Assembly: GCA_043228905.1 (NCBI GenBank)
Contig: JBHGNT010000004.1
Coordinates: 23,188,001 to 23,252,000, forward strand
Direction of reading: 5' to 3'
DNA from: Azolla caroliniana
Taxonomy: Eukaryota > Plantae > Polypodiophyta
Length of the DNA: 64,000 nucleotides
This document shows, in pieces, positions 13,721 to 26,800 of the stretch. How positions within the stretch are numbered: position 1 is the first letter of the stretch; every line of letters starts with the position of its first letter. The notes under the pieces are model-generated. The model was not told the origin of the DNA. It made no database searches and saw only the letters and a program-made list of their open reading frames with translations. The position numbers and the translations under genes are program-made.

Positions 13721-14043
13721 TGTAACAAGTAGGTTATTAAAGTTAAGTAGATGATTGAAAATCTATAATTCGTAAGCCTTAAGATACCCCATGCTTTAAA
13801 TTGACAATTTTATAATGAATGCACCTAACTTAGTCCTTTTTCTGATCTCGATTTATTGATAATGGTTGTATGTCAAAAGCTTATGGATTATGGTTAATAT
13901 TATCATGTTGTGTCTCTTTGTCTCTTATTTTTTCTTTTCCTTCCTTTCATATGCTAAATTATGTAATATGTTTTCCAAATTTTGTCGTATATTATGTCAT
14001 GTATTTTATAATAGTACATGTCATATTTAAAGAAATTATAACA
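13721..14043 (+). mobile_element. Possible old 3' LTR with degenerate internal sequence upstream
   Basis: tgtaac...ttataaca preceded by a purine-rich ggaatttgggag and followed by T-rich U5-like sequence. Heavily decayed. Confidence 0.3.
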
Positions 14044-15799
14044 TTGAGTTTTAATGTTGCTAAATTAAAGAGCTAAGACAAATTAATTTGGGATGTTTAT
14101 CTAGAGCTTTGAACAATTTTAATAAGAATTCTATAACATTTCAATCCAAATTGATGTTGATGGAAAATGCAATATTTGCAAATCTCAACCTTACACTTCT
14201 ATTACATGCTACATGTGTACAAACACAATTCCTCACATCTTCTCATGCACACTCTTCCCATGGCATAATGTTATCGCGCAAAAAAAAAAAAGGTTGGAAG
14301 TTTTATAGTCAAATTAGTATTCTTGTTAGTGAAAGATAGTCAACATCAATAACAAAAACTTATTAGGGAATATCACGCAATCAGATTAAGATGCAGCAAA
14401 TTAAGTTTTTTTATACTCTTTATAAAAAAAATTATAACCTTTCAAGATTCTTTTGGAGATCATTCTAGATTATGAAAGTATGTAGATCATTGTCTATCCA
14501 TATTAAAATGTGGCATCGATATGGATGTGTAAATATTTCAATGCATATGAAAATGATTAATCTAGCTCTCTCTCATATTTCATAATGGAGATTAGCATAA
14601 TATTTGATTATATTACACTAAACATGCATTCAAAAGGTCTCACAATCACTTCAAAATCATATAGAAATTACCAACAAAATCAAGTATAAGGCATAATATG
14701 TTTAATGTCATTGATAACAAAGGTTTATATCTCCATCACAATCAATACATGCAATATGTAATGATATCGTCCACAACAACAATAGACATCTAACCCTCAT
14801 TCATCTTGCATTTTTAGCATAACATCATGACAATGACATAGATAGAAAACTCCCCTCACATAACATTGCGATGAAGACAAAAAGTCAAAAAATGAAATAG
14901 AGCAAAGTAACTTCTGATTCATGATTTCATTTTTCAAGTTTCATTCATGAATTTTTAATGAGTTGAATTGATGTTTAGTAGTGCAAGGAGATGGAGAGCA
15001 AGTGAAATGGTCTAACTTCACTAATTGTTTTTCGAAATTAAGCTTGAAGATAAACATCAAGTTTCTCATGTTTGTAAATAATATACTAATGTTGTTCTTA
15101 GACCATAGTAATTTCTATGTTAACAAATACAAAAATGACAGTGTTGCATGTGCCACATTGAAGGGCAACATTATATTGTTGTTGAAATGCTCACACATTA
15201 TGATGAAATTTATAAAGATGAGAAAAAATATGAAAGGTTAAGTCAAATTAATATTGACTTATACGTTGCAAGTTAGGCATACAATAATGAGAGAGCCGAA
15301 TAGTTAATGAAATAACTAGCATATGCTACACACAATACTTAGTAGATGCTAAAATAAGCTAAAATAAGCTAATTAGCTAAGTGGATGTATTTGAGGCTAA
15401 TGTTTGGGCAAACATTTTGATCCTTGTTGGAAAATCTCCTACTTCTCATTAGTCTAACCATACTTTCAAAACTTTAATCCCGGCCATTTACCTATGAGTT
15501 TTCATGTAATCTAGAACAATGATAAATTTAATAAAATTTCCTTCACATACCAAATCATAGAACATGAACAACCGTAGGAAAATTTCACAATTTGTCACGA
15601 ACACACAATTAGTAAAATATTGAGAACACTAAGGAGATGATATTATGTATCAAGAGTGAATCAACTACAAATATCATGCAACTTGTTAGAACGAATTATT
15701 CAAATAAGAATGCTAATACATCAAAGAAATAACCTACATAACTCAACTTTCCAAGGGATTATATGTAGCTTCAAAGATCTCTCTCAAGCCAAATATCCT

Positions 15800-17070
15800 A
15801 GCTTAAGTTGGTTGACTTGTTGGAGGGTAGGAGGTGGCAATTGAACCCGAACCATAAGACAATAGATCAGGATTGTAAAATACGGCTTTTCGACAACAAG
15901 CCCTTATATGATTTGGAGTGGGATCCATTGGAGGTATGGTGGTAGACACTGGGAACAAACAACTTGAAAACGTTTTTTGAGTACAATACTAAGGTAGGAA
16001 AACGAATCATTGGCTCCAAAGTGGTGGGTGTTGTAATGATTCGCAATAGTTGGAAGGATAAAGGCATATCAAATGACGATTTGAGGTCATTTTGGAGGAC
16101 ACTATGGGCATTGGATACGCCAAAAATACTAAAGCCTTGGTTGTGGCTTCTTAGCCACAAGGCGGTACCTGTAGGGGAGTGGTTGAGTTCTCGTGGTCAT
16201 GAGACTAGCTGTAAGTTATGTGGACATGCTTTGGAATCAATCTCTCATTGTTTTTGGAATTGTACAGAGGCGATTAGCATTTGGAGTAGAAGCCTTCGAA
16301 TTGTGGCAGCCTATGGTGTGAATGGGAACGTTGTGTGGGGCTCCCTACAAAGACTGTCTCTAAAAGGGGAAAGTTGGGGGAAACAGTTAAACCCATAAGG
16401 ACATGGATTTATAGTACAAGATGGTAGTGCGTTCCAATGTGATGGGGTGAGACCTGACACAAATTCTGATTTTTTTGAGGAGATTTGGCTTATGGTGGCA
16501 TGTTTATTGGTCTGGCACATCTGGATCAGGTGTTGTAAATTTGTTTTTCGGTAGCAAAAGCTTTCATGCGGGGAGGTGATGTTAAATATCTGGTTTGAGC
16601 TTGTGACTTGGTTGCGTGGATGATGTGACTCGATTCAAGGGGAATCAGATGAAGCAGAAAGGGCAAGGCCAAAGTTCTTGCTGAAATGGGGTGGTTCTCC
16701 CATGATGGTCAAATCTTCGTTGAGGCTTAAGTGGAATTATCAGGCACCTAGGTGGCTATTTCTACCAATGGCTCCCAATATTGTACATGGGTTGTAATTA
16801 TGTATGTATAATTGAAGCGGCAATGGGTTACTATAGTCATGTTACTTGGATAACTTTGTTATAAAAGAGTTAGTTGGGAGAAGTAGAGTCAGCTAAAATG
16901 GGGTTTATTTCAGTTTTGTTGGAGTTAAGGGTCGTGTGAGTTTTTGTTTGATAGTTTTGGAGTTGTTCCTCTGAGTTGTATACGTTGATTCTACTGTGGA
17001 TTCGGGTAAACTCTGTTGTATTCTATTTGCTAACTAATGCGTAGTGTTTTTTGAAAAAGAAGAAGAAGAA
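15800..17070 (+). mobile_element. L1-clade LINE 3' fragment (zf-RVT + C-terminal tail + 3' UTR)
   Basis: FFEYNTKVG, WLWLLSHKAVPVGEW, CKLCGHALESISHCFWNC, and KWNYQAPRWLFLP near 16730-16770. A/(GAA)n tail at 17054-17070. Confidence 0.9.
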
Positions 17071-17703
17071 GTTCCATTTGGAGTAACCCAATAATATTTT
17101 CTAAAGTTCAATATATAAGAAAGTATCTAACCTTGAATGATTTCGTACCCTCATTCATTAGAGTTAATTCCAATGTGATAAAAGGATGAGTCAAAACAAC
17201 ATAGTCATGCCATTATAGGTGGAAAGATTAACTTCAACCACTAATATGTTAAACATTATTTGTAATAAAACAAACCTTCAAATAAGCTAAATCTTGTTAC
17301 ATCAACTAGAATATAAATCCCATTTGGTGTTTAATTACATGATAACAACCTATCAACACATACTTATGATATCACCATTAATGTAACTTCAATAAGAAGC
17401 AATCATTTGCAACTCATTGTAAAATTAAATCAAATGAAAAGTTCAATTCATATTGTAGTGGAGCAACATGAAATACATTAACCATTTTTTTTATCTTGGT
17501 AACAATCTATCTTATAGCAGGGCTTTAAAAACATAACTTAGTGCCAAACATCCTTGATTCTTTAGTTCCAAGATGTACAATGCACAACCTTCAAATATAA
17601 CCACTTCAAACTTATTGTCAGGAATAGTACTGAGACAAAGAAGAAATTAGTACTAAGAGAGGAATATTAGTACTAAGAGGAATAGAGGGTGTAGAACACG
17701 AGA

Positions 17704-19911
17704 GATAGATAGATAGATAGATAGATAGATTATATTATCGTCTTCGGAGATCAAATATGACCTATGAGACCAAAAATATTACATTTCACGTGATACGTGT
17801 GAAAGTGAGTAGTGACTCTCGATGTTCAAGAACTTTACCAATGAATGTTGCAATCGAGAGTGCACATTGTGGTTGTGAGAGGAATTCATGCAAAGATTGG
17901 GCTCGATCGAAGAGATGTGGAAAGCATGGTCGAATATGATCAAAGGCAGAGCATTGTATCAAAGTGTGATACTCAGACTCGCGAACTTGTTTAGGGCAAA
18001 GTGTGCATAGCCGACCACTCTCATCACTTGTACCCCAACGCCCTGTTTCACATCGCAATGCATGTGAGCTAAGTCGCATGGAAGCAATGGTTCGAATGGC
18101 AGATAACGGTATGGGCTCTAACATGTATGGATGTGTACGATTTCCCCGTTCCGCAAAGAATATGGTTTTGTAGTTAGGTGCAACATGTGTAGTATAATGT
18201 GTGAAGCGTGAGCCTCCACATTTGTCCCATGTCATGATACATTGGCGTTGCAAAAATGCCTCATTTACAGAGGAATCTAATGATGCATCATGAAGCAAGT
18301 GTCTCGCATCCCATCTACCAAACCATTTTTCTATATCTTGCATCCAACCGGAACACAAAATTTTGCTTTTATGCGTCTTTTGGATCTTTTTGCTTGCTTC
18401 CCACGCAATTCTAGGAAGTCGATGTGAGGGACTTTTTTGAACCTTAAGCATGTATTCAACAACCCTTTCCATGGCCATGATCTCAATGGGAAGCGATCCC
18501 GTTTCAAGGAGGAGGAGGGTGTAGGGCGTTTGTTTCTTAACTTGTAGAAACTTGGTAAGAAAATGCTTTTGGACATTTTCAAACTCTTTCCACATAGACT
18601 TAGGGATGCTACCGCCCCATACTTCCACCCCATAGAGAAGAACTGGTGTCACCAAAGTGTCAAAAAGATATTTCTTGAGGACCCAACACTTAATATCTCC
18701 AAGATTGCATGTGTTCTCAAATGCATAGTATGCTCGTTTGCCCGCCTCTAAGCGGCGTGTAGCACATTCATTCCATCTATGATTTGAAGGAACTTCAAGG
18801 CCAAGATATTTGAAGCTTTCCACACATTCAAGTGGCTCATTGTTGTACATAATGCATGGTTTATCTCTTTTTTGGCTCTTCACAAGCATAATCTTTGTTT
18901 TAGAGCTATTGACACTTAATTTAGTATGCATGCAAAATTTTTCCAATGCCTTCATAAGCTTTTGTGCATCTCCTAAAGTATTTGCAAAAAGCACTACGTC
19001 ATCTGCATATAGCAAAAGCATAATCACAACATTCCCAATGGCAACTTCTTCAACACATTCTTCCTTTGCAAACTTGGTAACCATTTCTTCCAATTCATCA
19101 ATGCATAGACCAAATAGTGTTGGTGAGAGTGGGCATCCTTGCTTAACACCAATAGTGCTTTTGAAAAAATCTGAAAGTTTATCTTTCATGCGCACACAAC
19201 ATATAACCTTCTCATAAATTCGGGAAATTGCAAGCATATATTCACTTGGCACCTCAAGTTCTTCCATTCGCCTCCAAAGATGCTCACGAGGTACCATATC
19301 AAAAGCTTTCTTGAAGTCTACAAAGCAACAATATAAACCTTTACCTCTAAGGCGACTTTCCTCCATTAATACTCGAAGGGTGATAAGGTGATCAATGGTG
19401 CTATGGTGTTTCCGAAAGCCAGCTTGTCCATAAGCTCTCTTACCACTTTTTTCAGCCCATACACTTATCTTTGATTCCATTATACATCCAAATAGTTTTG
19501 CCATTAATGAGCCAACCATGATGGTTCGATAATTGTTTACATTATTTATATCTCCACCTTTATGTAAAGGTTTGATCCAATTTGTAGTCCAATCGTACGG
19601 CATACCATGTTGCAATGCATCATTAAACATATCGCTTATCCATATATGTGCTTCCTTTCCCGTCCATTTGAGCATTTCAGCCTTTATACATTGAAGATCG
19701 CTTGCCTTTCGAGAGGCCAATTTCTTAAGTCCTATGCATATATCTTCAATTGTAAAGAAGGAAGGCATATGTGAAAGAGAACCATAACACATCATCTTTC
19801 CGGCAAGAGATAACTCATATAAATTCTTACAATGCATAGACAAGTCGTGAAGAGTTAAATCACCATAACTCTCAACACGTTTTCCCTTTAGATTTCCCCA
19901 AAATTTAGCAC

Positions 19912-19915
<4 letters not shown>
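17704..19915 (-). mobile_element. RTEX/RTE-like LINE family 1, 5'-truncated, (CTAT)n 3' tail
   Basis: Uninterrupted RT ORF, short 3' UTR and an (atag)n tract at 17704-17729. It is inserted in the (GA)n of the host LTR. Confidence 0.9.
17786..19915 (-). CDS. Non-LTR reverse transcriptase (RTEX-like), about 710 open codons, N-terminus missing
   Basis: NYRTI, QAGFR, FVDFKKAFD, GVKQGCPLSPTLF, LLYADD, FKYLG, and C-terminal HALRCETGRW...CTLC...ESEYH..QC. Confidence 0.9.
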
Positions 19916-19950
<35 letters not shown>

Positions 19951-19956
<6 letters not shown>

Positions 19957-20535
19957 AAGATATATTAACGTCTTCTAAGGCCAAATTTGGCCCATGAGAC
20001 AATTGGTTTACAACAAAAATGAGTGTTTATACAATCATCAAAACTAAAATAAAAGAAAATAGCTTAAGCCAAGAGAGTTCTAGTAGTGTATAAAACTTTG
20101 CACTAACCCTAATCTCATTTCCACCCAAGTCTCTCAAAAAGAAGTGGGAGGTCAAAAGTTTTTGGTGTGGGTGTGACCCATGGTCCTGATGCATAGAGTG
20201 CCCTAGCCATGGCTTCTAGGCGGTGTAATTCACGTTCCCTTATTTTCTCTATTGCTTCTACATCTCGTCGAGTTGCTTTGAAACCCGGCATCCAAGGGCG
20301 TTTGGTTCTTCTTTGATTTTCTGCTTCGTCAAGGAAAAGCTCGAGTGGTGCAGGTGTGTCGACATTCATTGTCTCCCCCTGTTCCTGAAAAACTTCATTT
20401 GTTACATGTTGGTAAACATTAGCAACATTATTATCAACGTTTTGTAACTTATTCTCTCTGTGTTGTTTCAATTCTAAGATATATCTACCTAATTTCTTTA
20501 TATCTAGTGTATCTAATAGTTTAGGGAGGGTGGGA
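19951..20535 (-). mobile_element. RTEX-like LINE family 2, short 3' fragment, (CTTT)n tail
   Basis: Closely similar to 49220-49850 and bounded by (GA)n on both sides. Confidence 0.85.
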
Positions 20536-20786
20536 GAGAGAGAGATCGAGGGAGAGAAAATGATGATGACAACGATATATTATGTGAGAAGAATATGCAA
20601 GGAAGGCTAGGAGGCTTAAGACTGGCATTGAACCGATTTGGTTCGAAATAATGCCTTGTGCCTCCTTTTATAGTGTTCTCAGGAGTAGTCTTGAAGCTTC
20701 TAGAATGTTCTAGAGAAATTTGGAATATACATTAATTTTCTATAGTAAAATTTAAATAAAAATACTATCCTACATATTACAATAGA

Positions 20787-20845
20787 TAGTATAATGGTCA
20801 AGAGCTCGACCCATGTAACATAAGGTCATGGGTTCGAGTCTTACC
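20787..20845 (+). promoter_or_regulatory. tRNA-like A box/B box module inside LTR
   Basis: TAGTATAATGGT at 20787 and GGTTCGAGTCT at 20831, 44 nt apart as in tRNA. Also present at 60266-60320. Confidence 0.65.
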
Positions 20846-22389
20846 ATATCATGACATTATCCCCCTTTTAAAACAACGAGTGTCACGAGTCGTTTTGGAT
20901 TGAGGACCCGGTTTATCAAGAAGAGCACGGGCATTGGCCACATTCTCTATTGGTTCCCAAGTACGCTCGTTGGGACTATATCCTAGCCAATCGACTAAGT
21001 AGTAGAGCTTGTTGCGAACAATCTTGGAATCGAGGATGGCGGCAACCTCGTACTCAGGTCCATCTTCAAGTTCGATCTGGGGTGGAGGTTGTGGAATACA
21101 TCCTGGATTGGTGTTGTCTTGATAGGGTTCGAGGAGAGAACTATGAAACACCAGATGTATGCGAAGTTGCGGGGGTAGATCGAGACAAAAAGCGACATCA
21201 TTAATCTTTCCGATAATACAGAAAGGACCTAATCGCCGATAATCCAACTTCTCGCATGGGTGAGTAGTCTTGATGTGTCGTCATAGTAGCCATACCCGAT
21301 CTCCAATGTTAAAACTGGATGGAAGCCAATGACGATCCGCCTAAACCTTGTGTGTTTGTTGAGCTTGTTATAAATGAGTAGATAAATCTGCTTGTATCTT
21401 GCATAATTGCTCCAAACGATCCTCTACACAAGTATTTGTGGGTAACTCTAGGGTTTCAAATCCATACCATCGGGGGTGACAACCCGTATAAGCATAAAAT
21501 GGCGTAACTTTAGTCGATGAGTGGACAAAGTTATTATAGGCAAATTCGGCGAAGTGGAGAATATCCGCATAGTCATCCTTGTTACGGGCATGACCATATA
21601 ATATCCCGTGGTGAGAATTTACCGTAGTATTCTATACACGTGGATAAGTGTGAGGGTTAAACGAGAGTGTAAAGAGGGGGGAGTATGTTACGGGCATGAC
21701 CATATAATATCCCGTGGTGAGAATTTACCGTAGTATTCTATACACGTGGATAAGTGTGAGGGTTAAATGAGAGTGTAAAGAAGGGGAGGATTACTTTTAA
21801 TCCTCGGGATTGAGACAACCCATTAGGTCAACTGTGAACTTGCCTGGGGGCCTTGGGTATCGCTATAAATAAGAGGCCTAGCTACCCTCATTTGATCATT
21901 TTTTGACTACATCGAGACTCTGCTCGTGTGGTGGGTCAACTCTTGTAGCGAGCGCGCCAGCACCAGGTATGACTCGACGCCACGGCGGTGGTATGGGACG
22001 CCGATCGAGGCTCGAGTCCGTCTTGATCCCTTCGCTCGGGGGTGGTCGGGTGGATCGGCACCCTTCTTTCTCTTTCTCCTTTCTATCTTTCATTTCTTTA
22101 TCCTTATCTTAAGCTTACTTTAGTACCTAGATCTATAATATTTGGTATCAGATTTTTGTACTAATGTTTCTTTGTTTTTCATTTGTCTTTTGATTGATGC
22201 TGATCGATCGTTGTGCAGTTGGCCTTGATCTAGACAACGATCAACAAAGAACTTCGGTAACTCTTTCCATAATTTTTCTTTCTATTCTCTCTTCTCCCAT
22301 CTAATCATGTGTATAGTTTATATGTAATTTTTTTCATTAAGTCAATGATGTTGTAGTGGTCTTTAATTGATTATCTAAAACGTTTACAT

Positions 22390-22650
22390 ATGTGCACGAG
22401 GTCAATACCTCGTTTGACATATTAATAATATGTGATGAGTGTCGTATGCATACGAGGTTAATACCTCAATTACGTATTACGTTCACGAACATATGTTACG
22501 TTTGCGTATGAGTTTAATACCTTGATTTGTTGTAAACGATATGCGTTTGGTCTCGTATGCGTAAGAGGTCAATACCTCCATTGCGTATTACGATGATCTC
22601 TTATTTGTGGATGTTTCGTGTGCGTAGAGGTATCTACCTCGATTACGTAT
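22390..22650 (+). repeat. Five degenerate ~56-bp repeats, each with a GAGGT-N4-ACCTC hairpin
   Basis: Cores at 22398, 22454, 22510 (degenerate), 22565 and 22627. Confidence 0.8.
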
Positions 22651-23828
22651 CTCGATCACATCATTTGTGGCTATTTAATATAACGATATGTTTAATATAG
22701 GCATATGTGGTCACATATATACGTATTTGATCGTATATATGTGATAAGTAAACATATGTGTATATTCGTTATTACGTGATTATGTCGAAAGTTGTCATGG
22801 TTGGGAAAAGGATGTTGGTGGCCGTCCTCACATTTTTGTGAGAATGGCGTTGTCACCATCCCTTTTTCAACAATTTTTTATTGTTGATAACCCCGTTGAT
22901 GACCTCGATTTCGTTACGTAAAGAAACGCCAATAGCCATAATGATGTTGAGTACGTAGGGCTTGACCCACTTCAAGTGAGGTCGCTCCAATGACGCACGT
23001 ATCCAACATCCCCCCCTCGTTACATGGATACGATGCCACCATGAGCTCGTTCTTACGAGAGGCATTCGTAATGACGTGTCCATGTGATGGCCCACGTGAG
23101 CCTACTACGAAACAAGGGCTCATTTGGCTTGACCATTAGGTTGCACTTTGGCGTATGCCATCGTAATTATGAGACTTGAGGTTAGGTAACGTACCAACAT
23201 AGTTTTGGTAAATGAGGGCGAAATAAGGACCCTTGACATATATGTTCTTTTAAAAAAACATATATGATCAATTGCCTCGCTAATCTCTTATACGCATCAA
23301 ACATTAAGCATTCGAGAAGAGCAACTTACTTGGTTGGCTCAAGTGTTTAATGTATTTGTTCTCGAGGTCTCGAGTTCAAATATGACCAAGACCATACAAC
23401 ATCCTTGATACATATGACTATAACACATGTTTAGACTTAAGGTCTAAGTGCACCTCGGGGTCCTCGTAATAGGACTTAAAGAGCCGAAACCACTTATGTG
23501 GGCACCGAAACATAGTTTATTGTTAACATTTTTTTCGTGTATAAACTATTCATGACGCAAACATACATGGTTGAGCCTCGGGGAGCCACCATGAAAAAAT
23601 CGATATAGAGATCAGGGAAAGACATTTATTTGTCACCCCCATGGTTTTTAAAACACCTTTGTGTTACCATAGTAACCTGATCTTGAACCTCATCTCATAC
23701 GTCTAGAGGGGTATTGACGTGAGATAATGATATCGATTAATGCTCGCCCATGATATGTTTACATCACGACATGATGTTATGACTATATCTCTGACCTTAT
23801 CCTATTTCTTTTCCAGAAATAATCTTTA

Positions 23829-26800
23829 ATGGCTCAAATTAACGACCCGATGTCATCCGCTCAAGCGGAAGGAACTCAAGGGAATCCTCCTGGACAAATG
23901 TCCACTGACATGTATTTGGCACAAATAACCCAATACCTTAGTTTCACCACTCAACAGATGACCGAACTTCGGCAATCTCAGAGTGCTCTTGAGGCACGTG
24001 TCATTAGTCTACAACGTGAGACTAATAGACCTGATGAGCGACAAGGTGAACCATCATTTGTCGTTAAGCCATTTACGGGAGACAAAAAGGAAAGAACCGA
24101 AGAAGCAATCTGCACATGGCTGGGACGATGGGAGTCTCATTTTGAGCTCTATCCCACGCCAGATAGTACGAAGATTGCATATGTCGGCCGAGAACTCGGG
24201 GGTAAGGCCGCCGCCTGGTGGCGTGGCCTCCGTACTATGGGGAAATTGCCCGATACCTGGACAGATTTTGTCATGGTTTTTAAGGGCCAATTTCTGCAAC
24301 CTCCCTCTCGAACCGAGGCAGCACAAGCTTTAATGAACCTCTCTAGCAGGAAATTTTCCTCGCTAGAAAACTATGTTCACCATGCTAGAACCCAAATCCA
24401 AAAATTGGGTCTAGAAGGGGACAATTGGTTGATAACTTGTTTTGTCAATGGCATCCCCAATTCGGACTATCACTGGATAGTGCACGATAAGGATCCAAAA
24501 TCCTTCGAAGAGGCCGTTGAAATAGTTCTTCGCTATCAACGCACTTCGAAGAAGGACCATAACAAACCCAACGAAGCGCCCGGGACTAAGCAGTCGCAAT
24601 TTGTTGGGAAACGCAAGACACCCAACGAATTCCTGGATCGCGATTGTAAGCGACAACATCCTTTTTGTGTATTCTGCAAAAAGAAGGGTCATACAAAAGA
24701 TCAATGTTGAAAGCTCCAACGGAAAGAGCACGACAACAAAGCTAAAGTTGCAGACCATAAAGGTCAGATTCCTAATGTCCTTCAGGTCTATACACATCAT
24801 TTAAGTAATTGTCAATGTTCTTTCTCTCACTATGTATTGGGTCCCAATGATTTAATACGTGCAAACGGGTATATCAATGGATCTCCCGTACAATTTTTAT
24901 TTGATTTGGGAAGCTCACACAATTTTGTGAATGATCGTTTGGTTCAGATATGGGGAATCCAACCCACCGTAAGTGATCACACCTACATGGTGCACTTGGC
25001 TGATGGAAGAGTACAATACATCAACGGGGCGATTCATTCATTAGGAATTTCTATTGATACTTATATAGAGGAAGTAGACTTCCATGTAATGAATCTTTGT
25101 ACCACCGATGTAATACTGGGTTATCCCTGGTTTTATAATAAAAACTCTTCTTTTTGGGTTCGTCATTCCATTTCTTTTGTACTGAACGATTGTACGCATT
25201 TTATTCAATGTGTAAAAAAACAATCCCTCTCGATTGTTTCCTCGTGTCCATCAATATCTGAGTTGTCTTGTTCTACGTTATTTTATTGTGTACTTGATCC
25301 GGACATTCACGTTTACAATATCGATAATGTCCCGATTCAATTAACATATTTTGAACAACAACTTGATGAAATCTTAAATGATTTTCATGATGTTTTTCCA
25401 AGTGAACTACCTGATGGGTTACCTCCTAAACGTAATATAGACCATCGTATAGATATTGTAGCTGGTGTTGCACTAATAAGTATACCTCCGTATCGCTTAA
25501 GTCGATCCGAAGAAGATGAGGTATCTAAGCAACTCAAGGACTATTTACGAATGGGTTATATATGTTATAGTAAATCTCCATGGGGTGCACCAGTTCTCTT
25601 GGTTAAAAAGAAAGAGGGCACATGGCGTATGTGTATTAATTACCGACGCTTGAATAAAGTGACGATCAAGAATTCGTATCCATTGCCCCGGGCTGACGAT
25701 CTAATTGACCGTCTCCAGGGAGCTCGGTATTTTACGAAACTTGATCTCCGTATTGGCTACCATCAAATAAGAATAAGTGAGGACGATGTTCCTAAAACGG
25801 CATTTCGTACGCGCTATGGCCATTACGAGTTTTTGGTTATGCCTTTTGGTTTGACCAATGCTCCGGCTACTTTTCAACAACAAATGAATGACATTTTCCG
25901 AGAACAACTTGGAAAATTTGTCGTTATTTTCTTGGATGATATTTTAGTTTATAGCCGTACATTACAAGAACATGCTAGACATGTCCACTTTGTTTTACAA
26001 ACATTGCGTGACAAACAATTTTATGCGAAGATCTCAAAATGTGAGTTCTTCAAGAAATCAATTACTTATCTAGGACATCTCATAACCAGACGAGGAGTTG
26101 AAATTGATCCTTCTCGCATTGAGAAAATCAAGCTTTCGCCCACTCTTCGGAATATTCGAGAAGTTCGATCATTCCTTGGTTTTGTGGGGTTTTTGCGAAA
26201 GTCTCTTCGTAATTACTCCCAATTGACGACGCTGTTTACTGATCTTTTAAAAGGTCAAACGCGTAAGTCTACAAAACCTATTGTGTGGAATGCTACACTA
26301 GACCTTGCCTTTAAGGAACTCAAGGACCTGGTTTGCAAGGCTCCTTCACTTCTTTTACCTGATCCGTCAAAACCTTTTGAGGTTGAAACCGATGCAAGCG
26401 ATTATGCTATAGGTGTTGTCTTGTATCAAGATGGTAAACCAATAGCATTCGAGAGTAAGAAACTTGATTCTGCTCAATGTCGGTATACCGTTCAAGAAAA
26501 GGAATTATTTGCAGTTATACATGCGCTCAAAACATGGCGCCATTATCTTTATGGAAATCACTTTGTGGTAACTACGAACCACGAGTCCTTGAAATATTTT
26601 TGTGACCAACAAGATTTGAAAGGTCGTAAGGCACGATGGGCTGATCTCATCCAGGACTTTGATTTTTCCATACGATATCGTAAAGGTTCCATGAACACTG
26701 TCGTTGATGCACTAAGTCGCATCCGTGAAGTTAACATGCTTAGCTTCACTGAAATATCATCAGATCTTTATGATCACCTTCGAGGAAAGTATCCTGATGA

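Noticed and set aside
14050-15790. Short ORFs in AT-rich DNA
   Set aside because: No recognisable motifs or coding bias.
19916-20002. N-terminus of the 738-aa ORF (MSHGPN...SLSLSL)
   Set aside because: It is chance read-through of the neighbouring LINE tail and (CT)n. The RT copy is 5'-truncated.
20787-20856. Functional tRNA gene
   Set aside because: There is no convincing acceptor or anticodon stem, so it is reported only as a tRNA-like module.
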